Shown: piece by piece, positions 9,373 through 19,437 of the stretch
Position numbering within the stretch: the first letter of the stretch is position 1
Layout: each line of letters starts with the position of its first letter
Source: Leptospiraceae bacterium
GTDB lineage: Bacteria > Spirochaetota > Leptospiria > Leptospirales > Leptonemataceae
NCBI GenBank assembly: GCA_040217195.1
Contig: JAVJNR010000009.1
Coordinates: 32,001-96,000, forward strand
Length of the DNA: 64,000 bases
Direction: 5' to 3'
Program-made: the position numbers and the translations under genes
The notes under the pieces: model-generated
Database searches by the model: none
The model's input: only the letters and a program-made list of their open reading frames with translations
Told to the model about the DNA's origin: nothing

Positions 9373-11427
9373 ATGTTTGGTCTGGAAGGAAAATTCAAGA
9401 GTCGCAACTGGAGCGAATCTAGGTTAGCTCCAATGGTGGCTTTTACGCTGCCATTGATTCTGACTCTTTCCATGCTGGTTCTTGTGGTGGATTTCGAAAA
9501 CCGGAGGTACCGCCAGGAGTTGCGAGCCAGGATGACCGATCAGCTCAGCGAACTTCGGGGACGCATGGAATCTGAAATCAATAAGACCATGTATTTGACC
9601 CGGGGCCTGACTGCATTTCTGGCTGTAAATCCAAGGATCAATGCATCCGATTTTCATGCAATCGCAGAAGAGATTCTAAGCAGCAAAGCTCATATTCGCA
9701 ACATCGGGCTGGCTCCGGATAATGTGATTCGTTATGTATATCCCGTAAAGGGGAATGAAACAGCCATTGGTTTGAACTATCGCAATAACGCGGAGCAATG
9801 GCCATCGGTAGAAAGAATGATGCGTACCCAGAAGACCTCCATTGCAGGTCCGGTGGATCTGGTGCAGGGCGGCCGGGCTTTTATTGCACGAACGCCGGTA
9901 TACGTGGGTAAAGGAGAGTATGCCAGGTACTGGGGCCTGGTCAGCGTAGTTATCGACACTCCTTCTTTGCTATCAGCATCAGGTCTGGGCGAAGAGCAAT
10001 GGAATTATCTGGCCATTCGAGGAACCGATGGGCAGGGCTCCAGAGGAGAGGTTTTCTGGGGCGATGAATCTGTCTTTGACTCGGATCCGGTTCTTTTGAA
10101 TGTTCGCCTGCCCGAAGGATCCTGGCAGCTGGGTGCCATTCCCCGGGAAGGCTGGAAGCAGCAATCTCCGGGTCTGTGGCTAATCTGGACCATTGGAAGC
10201 GCTGCCTGTCTGTTACTCTCCACCGGGCTCTATCTCTGGGTATTTCGCCAGAGAAGTCGGTATATAGAATTAAGACGGATTACCACCGTTGCAGAAGCCG
10301 CCAGCAAAGCCAAATCTGAATTTCTGGCAAATATGAGTCATGAAATTCGCACTCCTTTAAATGCCACACTGGGATTTGCAGATTTACTGGACGATGAACT
10401 CACTGATCCGCAGCAGCGACAGTATCTTAGTGCCATAAGAAAGAACGGTAGATCTCTACTGAATCTTCTAAACGATATTCTGGATCTTTCCCGCATTGAA
10501 GCAGGTAAGCTTCAGATTAATCCGGTTAGTTGTGACTGGCGTCAGCTTTGCGATGAGATACGAGATGTATTCGCCTATATGATTCAGCAAAAAGGACTGA
10601 GCTGGATATCAGACTACCAGGATAATCTGCCCAGGTGGATACTTACCGATGAACATCGCCTGCGTCAGATACTTCTTAACCTTGCCGGAAATGCAGTTAA
10701 ATTCACAGATTCCGGGTCTGTAACCCTGAGAGTTCGGGGCCACAAAGACAATGATGATCAGTACACCTATGAATTCCAGGTAATCGATACAGGTCCGGGT
10801 ATTGCGGAGCCGCAGAAAATTCGAATTTTTGAAGCCTTTGTTCAGGATAAGGCCATTCGCAGGGAGAGACAGGAGGGTTCAGGTCTGGGATTGACCATTT
10901 CCAGCCGGCTGGCCCATCTACTGGGCGGTCATATTGAACTGGAAAGCGAAATCGGTCGTGGCAGCCACTTCACTCTGGTTCTGGATCGCATACTTGCGGC
11001 GCAGAGAGTTGGACTTTCTGCCGAGGCTCAGCAATCCGGGAAGCCCTATTTTAACGGTCAGAAAGTATTGCTCGTAGACGATAACGAGGATAATCGAACC
11101 CTGGTATCTCATTACTTGAAGGATGAGCGTCTGAAGTTGATCCAGGCAATCAATGGAGCGGAAGGCCTGGAGATGGCTCGCAGAGAGCTTCCGGACATTA
11201 TTCTTCTGGATCTGCATATGCCAGTCATGGATGGTTATGAAATGCTATCACTTCTTAGAGCCGAATCGGAAATTCGCTCCATACCTGTAATCCTATTCAC
11301 GGCTGATGCAATGGAAGAAAACATAAATCGTATGAAATCCTATCGAACTGCAGACATACTTACCAAACCACTATCTAGAAAGAGGCTACTTACCAGTTTG
11401 CATAAACAGCTGGACCGAAACCTATAG
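9373..11427 (+). CDS. hybrid sensor histidine kinase/response regulator with CHASE domain
   Basis: CHASE-like AGPVDLVQGG between two TMs; FLANMSHEIRTPL H-box; NAVKFT, DTGPGI, GSGLGL; C-terminal receiver LLDLHMP. Confidence 0.92.
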   Translation: MFGLEGKFKSRNWSESRLAPMVAFTLPLILTLSMLVLVVDFENRRYRQELRARMTDQLSELRGRMESEINKTMYLTRGLTAFLAVNPRINASDFHAIAEEILSSKAHIRNIGLAPDNVIRYVYPVKGNETAIGLNYRNNAEQWPSVERMMRTQKTSIAGPVDLVQGGRAFIARTPVYVGKGEYARYWGLVSVVIDTPSLLSASGLGEEQWNYLAIRGTDGQGSRGEVFWGDESVFDSDPVLLNVRLPEGSWQLGAIPREGWKQQSPGLWLIWTIGSAACLLLSTGLYLWVFRQRSRYIELRRITTVAEAASKAKSEFLANMSHEIRTPLNATLGFADLLDDELTDPQQRQYLSAIRKNGRSLLNLLNDILDLSRIEAGKLQINPVSCDWRQLCDEIRDVFAYMIQQKGLSWISDYQDNLPRWILTDEHRLRQILLNLAGNAVKFTDSGSVTLRVRGHKDNDDQYTYEFQVIDTGPGIAEPQKIRIFEAFVQDKAIRRERQEGSGLGLTISSRLAHLLGGHIELESEIGRGSHFTLVLDRILAAQRVGLSAEAQQSGKPYFNGQKVLLVDDNEDNRTLVSHYLKDERLKLIQAINGAEGLEMARRELPDIILLDLHMPVMDGYEMLSLLRAESEIRSIPVILFTADAMEENINRMKSYRTADILTKPLSRKRLLTSLHKQLDRNL

Positions 11428-11487
11428 ATAGACATCAATACCTCTCTGCGAAGTGGTAATAATGCGTGGTTGCGCAAAGAGCTAGTT

Positions 11488-12324
11488 TCATGCACCAATG
11501 TGATTGCTACTGCGAAGCCAGAAATTTACAGCCTGGGGCAGAAACAGTATAGAAGCTTCAATTACCAGTTCCGGTGCCAGCCAACCGAACCGGGCATTTC
11601 CAGCATAGATCATTGCCTGAATGGATAATACTAGAATGATGGCCGGGTAGGGAAGGTGCCTGTTTCGCATCTTACTTTGAAATAACGGTCTGGCCAGTTC
11701 CCGTCCTCGGAAGCGAATGCAGGTAAATGCTATCATAATAAATTTGGCTGCAAACCAGAGATGGAAAGCAAGATAGAGAGCCAGCATACTTCCCATCAGC
11801 AGATCAAAGAAGCCCGGCTGCTGGTTTTCCGGAAGAGCCATGGTTACATAGATCCTCTGAAACTGTAATAGCGTTACTGTAATCAATAGGAAAAGAAATA
11901 GCCCATATCCCAGCATGGGAGCCAGAAGGGAATCCTGGTTTCTATGGCGTAGCAGCAGCGTTAGGACCGGAATAATAGTCAGGATAAGCCAGAACGGATG
12001 CCAGGCATGAATGAATAGTAGATATAATACAGCCAGGCTAAGAAATAGCAGACTTTCTTCATTAATGGATTGCAAAAGTCGTGCATTCAAGAATCCATAA
12101 AATGGAGCTACAAACAGGAAAGACAGTAATGCGAATCCGGAAATATCGCCTGTTTCGCTTCGATCCAGAAAAAGCATCAGAATCAGCTCCACTGAAACCG
12201 GTAGAATACACCAGATGATTGCCAGCAGAGTCACTTTCTTCCAGTGATCTTGCCTCAAAGTTGCGGAAGATAACAGAAAGGTCTGAAGTGCGAATCCGAT
12301 AGAAATGGCCGCAACCAGAGTCAT
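11488..12324 (-). CDS. hypothetical multi-pass membrane protein
   Basis: Many hydrophobic segments; ATG 12324 overlaps the upstream stop (ATGA). Confidence 0.7.
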   Translation of the reverse strand: MTLVAAISIGFALQTFLLSSATLRQDHWKKVTLLAIIWCILPVSVELILMLFLDRSETGDISGFALLSFLFVAPFYGFLNARLLQSINEESLLFLSLAVLYLLFIHAWHPFWLILTIIPVLTLLLRHRNQDSLLAPMLGYGLFLFLLITVTLLQFQRIYVTMALPENQQPGFFDLLMGSMLALYLAFHLWFAAKFIMIAFTCIRFRGRELARPLFQSKMRNRHLPYPAIILVLSIQAMIYAGNARFGWLAPELVIEASILFLPQAVNFWLRSSNHIGA

Positions 12325-12860
12325 CCGATTTTCTTCCTGGCCTTGTCCAGCTTGAGAGAATCTTGCGGCGCCTCGGTTGTTCCTGCGTATAGAAGTTCCG
12401 GTCCAAAAATCAGACAAATCGCTCCCAGAATCCAGAAAATAGCAGGGGCCAGAATGTCGTTCAAGTCTCGTGGCGCATGAGGCATGGCATTGCGCAACAG
12501 GATGTAGTCCGGTTCACTGGTTTTGACATACGCAGAGATTTCGGTGCCCTGCTTCAGGTATTCAGCCTGAGAGCCAAAAACCGGTCTGGACTTCGCTTTA
12601 TAGGTTTTTCCTTCCAGGAGATATTGAACGGTAAGGAGGATGCCCACCGGTGGTTCCCAGGGCAGTGGTTCTGGATTCTCATATCGCTGGACCTCCAATA
12701 CCTTGCCTTCTACGGGAACTCCATGATCCAGAAAGCCCCGGGCTTCCGGATCATACTCCAGGACGATAACCACTGAAATCAGACCGCCAATAAATGCCAG
12801 TAGCAGGCCAAGAAGGCCCAGGATGGCTCCTCCGCCTGTGGGTACGGGATTGGATTCCAT
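12321..12860 (-). CDS. DUF3592-like membrane protein
   Basis: TM - small beta domain (GVPVEGKVL..VQYLLEGKTY) - TM architecture. Confidence 0.6.
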   Translation of the reverse strand: MESNPVPTGGGAILGLLGLLLAFIGGLISVVIVLEYDPEARGFLDHGVPVEGKVLEVQRYENPEPLPWEPPVGILLTVQYLLEGKTYKAKSRPVFGSQAEYLKQGTEISAYVKTSEPDYILLRNAMPHAPRDLNDILAPAIFWILGAICLIFGPELLYAGTTEAPQDSLKLDKARKKIG

Positions 12861-13161
12861 ATTGAAATTCTATTTCAGATGGATTCCCGGGCAAGCAAAT
12901 CAACACCCTCCGGTTTAAGAGTCTTACTTTTTGGCTGCAGCAGGTCCGGTTCAATCCGAATACAAGTATCTCGGTACGGGCCTTTCGGTTTAAGGTTGCA
13001 TCAGATAAAGTTAGTCCAATCAGACTTCAGGACTTAAGGATGCGACACCGCAAGGCGAAAATAAATCGCGGCAATTCTCATCTCCGGCTTGACTAATTTT
13101 TATAGTCTGTAGCCTTCTGTTCTCCTCTCGGCGAAAACCGAATTACTGATTGGAGGTTTTT

Positions 13162-13923
13162 ATGTCAGAATCTGAACAGAGTTTTCTATCCCGTATCAAG
13201 AGTAACCTGGAAGTGGTGGCCACTATTCTTCTGGGGCTTGGTACCATACTGGCGGCTTTCGCCGCCTATCAATCCGCACTCTGGGGCGGCAATTGTCTTA
13301 CAGCCTACAACCAGGCTGTGATTAGCTTCGGAAATGCGAACCGAGAATACCTGAACGGTGCCCTTGCTACAAGCTTCGATACCATGGTATACCTGGAGTA
13401 TTTACGCGAAGATCCCCGTACTGCCGAAGATGTGGACAAAATGATTTCCAAAGATATGGTAAGAGCCATCGCCTGGGCAGACAATTCCTACTCCAAAAAG
13501 ATCGATGCACTGGCATACGGTGAGGAAGGTAAAATCGAAGCTGATCTGGAGGCGAAGTGGGAAGCCTTCGAAGAGCTGGAAGAGGAGTCTCCGGACCGAG
13601 AAAAGGTACTGTCTGAGATTTATGACCTGGAAGCGAAGATTGCCTACCTGCCTTTTCTGGAAAGCCCACGATATAAGATATCCAGGCGGTCTCCTGGAGA
13701 TACTCTTGCAAAAGAAGCCCAGGCAAAAATGGAAGAGGGGATTAAAGCCAATCAGACCGGAGATGCCTTTACTCTGGTTACTGTATACTTTACCATTGCA
13801 CTGTTCTTCGCAGGACTTGCAGCTGTGTTAAGGGATGATCGCACCAGACTGAGCCTGCTGGGTCTTTCCAGTGCGGTATTTTTATTTTCCTTGCTGCGAA
13901 TGCTTCTATTACCCTTTGCGTAG
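13162..13923 (+). CDS. hypothetical membrane protein (DUF4337-like)
   Basis: GGAGG RBS before ATG 13162; N-terminal TM (AAYQSALWG), helical middle, two C-terminal TMs. Confidence 0.65.
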   Translation: MSESEQSFLSRIKSNLEVVATILLGLGTILAAFAAYQSALWGGNCLTAYNQAVISFGNANREYLNGALATSFDTMVYLEYLREDPRTAEDVDKMISKDMVRAIAWADNSYSKKIDALAYGEEGKIEADLEAKWEAFEELEEESPDREKVLSEIYDLEAKIAYLPFLESPRYKISRRSPGDTLAKEAQAKMEEGIKANQTGDAFTLVTVYFTIALFFAGLAAVLRDDRTRLSLLGLSSAVFLFSLLRMLLLPFA

Positions 13924-13936
13924 TTGGCGAATATAT

Positions 13937-13952
13937 CCGGGCTCAAGCCCGG
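13937..13952. terminator. GC-rich hairpin between convergent genes
   Basis: CCGGGC-tcaa-GCCCGG; no strong U-tract. Confidence 0.35.
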
Positions 13953-13967
13953 CCCATCCATGCTAGA

Positions 13968-14477
13968 TTACTTCTTCGCTTCTTCGGGTTCCATAGAATC
14001 GGAAGAGCGAAGAGGCCTTCGCAATCCACCGGGGAAATAAAGCAAGAATAAGATACCCAGAATTACAAGACCGGCGCCAATCAGTGGGACATGGATGTAT
14101 TGCAGACGCTCGTTGTCGGGAACCGTAAGAAACCAGATAATTGTGCCTGAAATGCCAATTGCAGAAAAGAATAATGCAAAGTACAGATAGGCTCTGGGTG
14201 AGACCAGCATGGCCACGGCCCATCGAGTGCCCAGAAGTAGACCTGCAATGAGCAACACAAAGGACAGAGTCTGAAACAGGGCCACCAGAAAGGGGCTTTC
14301 TCTGGAAGAGAAGCACCAGCTACTGGACACACAGAAAGGAAATTCTGCAGTTGCCAGGTTCAGTATTGCACAAATACAGAATATTGCCGCAATTCCCAGT
14401 CCAGCCCAGATCAGACGCTTTCTGCCACTGGCGGAAACCTCCGCCGAATTCTCTTTTTCTCTCCATTGATCTGACAT
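13968..14477 (-). CDS. hypothetical membrane protein (about 4 TM)
   Basis: Four hydrophobic segments; fills the gap between flanking genes. Confidence 0.6.
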   Translation of the reverse strand: MSDQWREKENSAEVSASGRKRLIWAGLGIAAIFCICAILNLATAEFPFCVSSSWCFSSRESPFLVALFQTLSFVLLIAGLLLGTRWAVAMLVSPRAYLYFALFFSAIGISGTIIWFLTVPDNERLQYIHVPLIGAGLVILGILFLLYFPGGLRRPLRSSDSMEPEEAKK

Positions 14478-14578
14478 GGTAGCAATGTAAGTTTGCAGAG
14501 CGGACTGGCAAGTGGATTGATAATCCAGGAGGTAACCGAAAACATCCTGGCAACGAATCCCCCGAGAGTCACATCGCT

Positions 14579-15736
14579 ATGAAAAAAACTGCATCGGCCC
14601 TGATTCGGCCTTTCTACTATTCTATATTGCCATTTCTCCTCTTATTTCTGGCTGCTGGATTCTATCTGAATTGCGCCAGCTTTGGGCAGAAGCCGGAAGG
14701 CAACCGTCTGGAAAGAATTCAAAAATCGGAGCAATATGGAGAGGAAGGCTTTGTAAATGTGCATGAGGCACCGGAAAGTCCGGCTTTTCTGGCGGTGGCC
14801 TGGGAATTTCTGACAAACGATGAGCCCATAGAACCGCAGAAGGCATTATCCATACAGAAGCGAACCAGGGCGGATTTCCAGGAGCCCCCTGAGAATGGAC
14901 TTCGGATTACCTGGTTCGGGCATTCTTCTATTTTGCTGGAAATTGATGGCTCCATGGTTCTTATCGATCCTGTCTGGGGCGAAAGGGTTTCCCCTGTATC
15001 CTTTATTGGTCCTGCAAGATTTCATGAAAACCCTATCTCGCTGGAAGAACTTATTCAATTGCCCATCGATGCTGTGGTGATTTCGCATGATCACTATGAC
15101 CATTTAGATTATCCAACTATACAGGCCCTGGCACGAACCGGGACTAAGTTCCTGGTGCCTCTGGGGGTGGGATCGCATCTGGAGCACTGGGGTATAGAGG
15201 AATCCAGGATCGAGGAACTGGACTGGTGGGATGAAGTAAAAATAGGCCCCATCACATTTGTGGCCACTCCGGCTCAGCACTTCTCTGGACGAACCCTTTC
15301 CGATCGGGATAAAACCCTGTGGAGTAGCTGGGCCATTCTTGGACCGGAGCATCGTATCTTCTATTCTGGCGATACAGGTTACTTCGAAGCTTTCAAAGAA
15401 ATTGGCGAAAGACTGGGACCCTTTGATGTTTCGCTTATGGCTATAGGCGCTTATGATGATCGATGGGCCTTTGTGCATTTTACACCGGAGGAAGCTCTAC
15501 AGGCCCATAAGGATGTACGGGCCAGGAAATTTGTACCGGTGCACTGGGGAACCTTTAATCTGGCATTCCATGGATGGACAGAGCCAGCTGAGAGAACCCT
15601 GCAGTCTGCCAGACAGGACCAGATTGAAGTCTGGACTCCCAGACCAGGACAGAGTCTTTCGCCTCCTGTGGATATTGCCACCGGTCGCTGGTGGGATGCA
15701 TCCCTGGAAAAGCTGGCCGAGTTTTCGGATCGCTGA
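14579..15736 (+). CDS. MBL-fold metallo-hydrolase (RomA/NAPE-PLD-like)
   Basis: TWFGHSS, SHDHYDHLD, PAQHFSGR, YSGDTGY, PVHWGTF. Confidence 0.9.
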   Translation: MKKTASALIRPFYYSILPFLLLFLAAGFYLNCASFGQKPEGNRLERIQKSEQYGEEGFVNVHEAPESPAFLAVAWEFLTNDEPIEPQKALSIQKRTRADFQEPPENGLRITWFGHSSILLEIDGSMVLIDPVWGERVSPVSFIGPARFHENPISLEELIQLPIDAVVISHDHYDHLDYPTIQALARTGTKFLVPLGVGSHLEHWGIEESRIEELDWWDEVKIGPITFVATPAQHFSGRTLSDRDKTLWSSWAILGPEHRIFYSGDTGYFEAFKEIGERLGPFDVSLMAIGAYDDRWAFVHFTPEEALQAHKDVRARKFVPVHWGTFNLAFHGWTEPAERTLQSARQDQIEVWTPRPGQSLSPPVDIATGRWWDASLEKLAEFSDR

Positions 15737-15867
15737 GCGTCTGAATTGAATCATGGCCGGACCAGAAATCCAGAGTGATCCGGAATTACAAATCATTACA
15801 GGTGTGTGACCAGGGATCGTACGGTTCTTCGCGGTAGTATCTTTGCTGCTTGTAACTTCGATTCTTT

Positions 15868-16347
15868 GTGGAATCAGTTCAGCCGGTAAACCATGAATTT
15901 ATGGAAGAGTTCCTGATGGACCTGGCCCGGACGATCCGGGGTAGCAGCAATGCACAAATTACCGTGGGGCAGGTATCCCCTGGCTGGCCCCGGGCCTGGA
16001 ATCGCCTGGAGCTGGATTTCTACCAGTGGCACCTATACTCCTGGATGGAACAGAAAGACATTTATCGAACTAAAGCTCCGTATGCAGAACTCTGTGCTCC
16101 TGTTGTTCTGGGAGAAATACCTATGGCTCCCCTGGATTCCCATACAGTTTTGAATACAGTTGAAGAATCCCGGGGTATTCAGCCGGAAGGCTTCTCTAGA
16201 ATGATTGCAGAAATGCGAATGAATGGTTGGGCCGGCGCCTGGATATGGTCCTATCAGGGCCGAGTGCCTGCAGGGGCCAGGTTACCAGAGTTTGAGACAG
16301 AAACTGTAAAAAATCAGGAGGTCTTTCTCCTTGACTTACTCCAGTAG
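15868..16347 (+). pseudogene. probable C-terminal fragment of a clan GH-A (GH5-like) glycoside hydrolase
   Basis: ITVG, LDFYQWHLY, PVVLGE, GWAGAWIWSY resemble late barrel strands; in-frame TAA just upstream and no NEP acid/base motif. Confidence 0.5.
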
Positions 16348-16370
16348 CGTAGTACATACCGGTCTGTTCC

Positions 16371-16814
16371 ATGCGTTATACAACTGCAACAATCATTGAA
16401 GCGCCCATAAAATCGGTGGCTCCTTACGTGGCGGATCCGGATCATTTTCCGGACTGGATGGAAGGACTTCAGTCCTATGAACAGATTTCTGGGCGTCCAG
16501 GTCAGATAGGAAGCAAAGCCAGGCTGACTTTCAAGATTGGCAACCGTACCATCGTAATGACTGAAACCGTGGAGATTAATACTCTGCCAGATGAGTACCG
16601 AGTACTCTATGAAACAGATGGAGTATGGAATCGTGTGCGCAATCTATTTGTGGGTCTGCCCGACGGTCGCACCAGATATGAAAATGACAGTGAATTCCGA
16701 TTCAAGGGTCTGATGGCGCTTCTTTCTATCTTTATGAAGGGAAGCTTCAAGAAGCAGACACGAAAGTATCAGGAAGACTTCAAGAGATTTGTAGAGAAAA
16801 AAGCGTCGGGCTGA
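16371..16814 (+). CDS. SRPBCC/START-like family protein
   Basis: IIEAPIKSV..DPDHFPDWMEGL N-terminus and C-terminal helix FKRFVE. Confidence 0.8.
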   Translation: MRYTTATIIEAPIKSVAPYVADPDHFPDWMEGLQSYEQISGRPGQIGSKARLTFKIGNRTIVMTETVEINTLPDEYRVLYETDGVWNRVRNLFVGLPDGRTRYENDSEFRFKGLMALLSIFMKGSFKKQTRKYQEDFKRFVEKKASG

Positions 16815-17160
16815 AAGAGGTTATCCAGGCGTTTCCCCGGGCAGGTAATCCAGGACGAGTGCAGTGCTTTTTTAGACAGCTGATTTTGTGCCGTACCTGC
16901 GGTTTTTCTGGCAAATGCTATTCCCATTCGTAACTCTGTGGAATACACTTTATCCCTGGCGAGCCTTCGCGCGGGGCGGATAAGCCTCTTAGTTCCCCGA
17001 TTCGGTGCGCAGACGGTTCATCAATTCACCACTCTATTTGGGCCTCCGGTTGGGCGCTGGGCTATACCAATGGACTTCGACTTTCGGGTCCGGGCTTTCC
17101 ATTCGGCCATTCAGCTATGCCCACCAACCAGTAGGAAGTGGAGAAAAAGGATTGACTCTT

Positions 17161-17176
17161 GTTAGTTTTAACTAAC
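17161..17176. promoter_or_regulatory. palindromic operator candidate GTTAGTT-TT-AACTAAC next to a TTGACT -35-like hexamer
   Basis: Perfect 7-2-7 inverted repeat 14 bp before the ATG at 17191. Confidence 0.5.
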
Positions 17177-17190
17177 TATCAAAGGCTGGT

Positions 17191-17967
17191 ATGATCAAGA
17201 AGTGTGTCAGATACTGGGGCTACTTTTTTCTATTGCTGATGGTAGTGAGCTGCACGTCAGAGCGGAAAACCCTGCGCCAGATTCCCACAGAGAAGCGGCC
17301 CACTCTTGTGTTTCTGGATTTTGAAAACAATTCTCCTGGCCAACCGACTCACTTCGCTTCATTGAGGCGTGCGATTCCAGACTTAATTTTGTCTGATTTT
17401 CAGACCAGCGGTCTTTTTCGGGTCTTACGGTCCTCTGATAGAACCAGGCTGGTCCAGGAGCTTTCCTATCAGCATAGCGGAATGACCGGACCTGACCCCA
17501 TAAAGTATGGCAAACAGCTTAATGCCGATCTGGTGCTGACGGGAAGCTTTTCTACCATTGATGGTGTGGTCTCGATCACGGCAAGGGTGACGGATGTAGC
17601 CACTGGACAGGTGCTTGCATCTCATACCGTGGCAGGTCCTACCAGAAATGTGTTATTGCCTGGTGTCAGTCCTCTGAAACAGCTTTCCCTTACTCTGCTG
17701 GCAAATCTTGGCACAAGCTTGAACAATTCGGAAGAAGAGATTCTTGCTGATAGTTTTGAAACCCGGGAGATGAGTGCGCTGCTTTCTAACTATGAAGGAG
17801 AAATTCTAATGGAGAAGGCTTCTGCAAGAGAGGAGGAAGATGCGGCTACCGACCTGCGGAAAGAAGCAAGAAAGGAATTTGAGAAAGCGGCGCAGGCGGA
17901 CCCGGATTATGAGAGGCCTCGGAGAAATCTCCGGAGAATGGCCGGCTTTCTGACTCCACCACTTTAA
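17191..17967 (+). CDS. CsgG/FlgO/TolB-N-like lipoprotein with C-terminal TPR-like helices
   Basis: Lipobox VVSC; GKQLNADLVLTGS..ITARVTDVATGQVL motif. Confidence 0.75.
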   Translation: MIKKCVRYWGYFFLLLMVVSCTSERKTLRQIPTEKRPTLVFLDFENNSPGQPTHFASLRRAIPDLILSDFQTSGLFRVLRSSDRTRLVQELSYQHSGMTGPDPIKYGKQLNADLVLTGSFSTIDGVVSITARVTDVATGQVLASHTVAGPTRNVLLPGVSPLKQLSLTLLANLGTSLNNSEEEILADSFETREMSALLSNYEGEILMEKASAREEEDAATDLRKEARKEFEKAAQADPDYERPRRNLRRMAGFLTPPL

Positions 17968-17969
17968 AT

Positions 17970-19025
17970 ATGGGTCGTTTCGTAGCATTCATTCTCGCCG
18001 TCATAGCTTTCTTCCCAAATTCTGCGGTTTTGTCTGAAAGCTTATACCTGGGAATACGGGGCGGCAGCCAGGTCTGGAATGCAGGATTATTCGATGCATA
18101 CAGTAAAGGGAATTTCTCTAGAGCTGTCGTATCCACCGCTTTCTCGTCTAATTTTTTTATTCAAGAATTTGATTCCGGGATTGAGAGCCTTGATCAGATC
18201 GGGGCTGGAGCGACGTATACCACCGGAGACTGGTCATTTTCTTACTATGGTCATTTCGGAATCGCAAATGCAAGCATATACTCTACGATTCATTTTGCCC
18301 GGTCCGAAGAAACCCGACAGATTCTAACTCGTATCCCATATCATCTGAATGCCAGATACAATCGCTCCGAACATGAATTGCACGCTGCGCGATCAATAGG
18401 TTCTGGTTTCTTTATTTTCTTTGGGATCAAGGCGATTCAGTTTCGCATTGATGCTTCCAAAGGTCTGGCCTGGGGCGCTGGCCTGCAATATGATCGAGAG
18501 AGCTCCTCTACCCTGGAAGAGTACACTTATTCGGCTATTCCGGTGAAAGCGAACTTTGGTATGGAAATGACCACAAGCGGTCCATTGGCTGGCCTTTCCT
18601 ATGCATTTACTCCTGGCGATTACGATGCATTGACTTTCTCGATTGGGTTCATGAAGTTGCGGGGAACCCAGTCGCTGGACAATCAGATTCAGGCACAGAT
18701 TGAGTTTTCACCCGGTCTTTTTGCCCGCTCTTCCAACAAGATTTTCTATTCGATCAGAGAGAGAAACTGGGTTGATATCAATGGCGGACTGATTGATGTA
18801 ACATATAGCTATTCAGTTTCCGATGCTCTACTCATTCGGATTTCCGCACGGTATCAGCAATACGTTCAGACCACTCGAAAGAACGATTCTTCGCTACTTC
18901 AGCTAAGTCAGCGTGATGGACTGGCTCCAACGGTACAGGCACTGAACCTCTCCACCTCGGATGGCAGCAATGTGCAGGATAGCTATTCTGGCATTACGAT
19001 TTCCATTTTGAGCAGGATCTTTTAA
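17970..19025 (+). CDS. putative outer-membrane beta-barrel protein
   Basis: Signal peptide, alternating aromatic/Gly beta-strands, C-terminal Phe. Confidence 0.65.
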   Translation: MGRFVAFILAVIAFFPNSAVLSESLYLGIRGGSQVWNAGLFDAYSKGNFSRAVVSTAFSSNFFIQEFDSGIESLDQIGAGATYTTGDWSFSYYGHFGIANASIYSTIHFARSEETRQILTRIPYHLNARYNRSEHELHAARSIGSGFFIFFGIKAIQFRIDASKGLAWGAGLQYDRESSSTLEEYTYSAIPVKANFGMEMTTSGPLAGLSYAFTPGDYDALTFSIGFMKLRGTQSLDNQIQAQIEFSPGLFARSSNKIFYSIRERNWVDINGGLIDVTYSYSVSDALLIRISARYQQYVQTTRKNDSSLLQLSQRDGLAPTVQALNLSTSDGSNVQDSYSGITISILSRIF

Positions 19026-19026
19026 T

Positions 19027-19437
19027 ATGTGCAGCCCAATGAGATTCCCCCTGGTGGCGCTTCTCCTGGTAGCAGTGATGAGTTGTACGCCCAGTGGGAA
19101 CCTGACGGACACGCATATAGAATTGATTGCGCTTACGGCGATTATGGCAGAGAAAAGTGAAACTTATACCTTGATTCGTGTTCATAATTCTGGGCCCTCA
19201 GCATCGGGATATGAGTTTTATGAGGGGGCCGGTTGCGGCAGCATATTGGCGCTTTCAATTCCAACTGTGGCGCCTGGCGCAACATCGGACTATGCATCCA
19301 CTTCCTCCACGATATTGAGTGTGCAAAGAGTCAGTGGTAGCTTCTGTCAGGCATTTGACCCGCCATTGGAACCAGGGCCTTTTCGAACCCTGTACGATAG
19401 CGGTAGTCAAATGCGATTACTTGGAAATGCAGAGTAA
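19027..19437 (+). CDS. hypothetical small lipoprotein
   Basis: Lipobox VMSC; third gene of a tightly packed operon. Confidence 0.6.
   Translation: MCSPMRFPLVALLLVAVMSCTPSGNLTDTHIELIALTAIMAEKSETYTLIRVHNSGPSASGYEFYEGAGCGSILALSIPTVAPGATSDYASTSSTILSVQRVSGSFCQAFDPPLEPGPFRTLYDSGSQMRLLGNAE

Noticed and set aside
13089..13115. TTGACT promoter with GACTA-N7-TAGTC operator
   Set aside because: Only 5-bp arms and 15-bp spacing to the best -10; too weak to call
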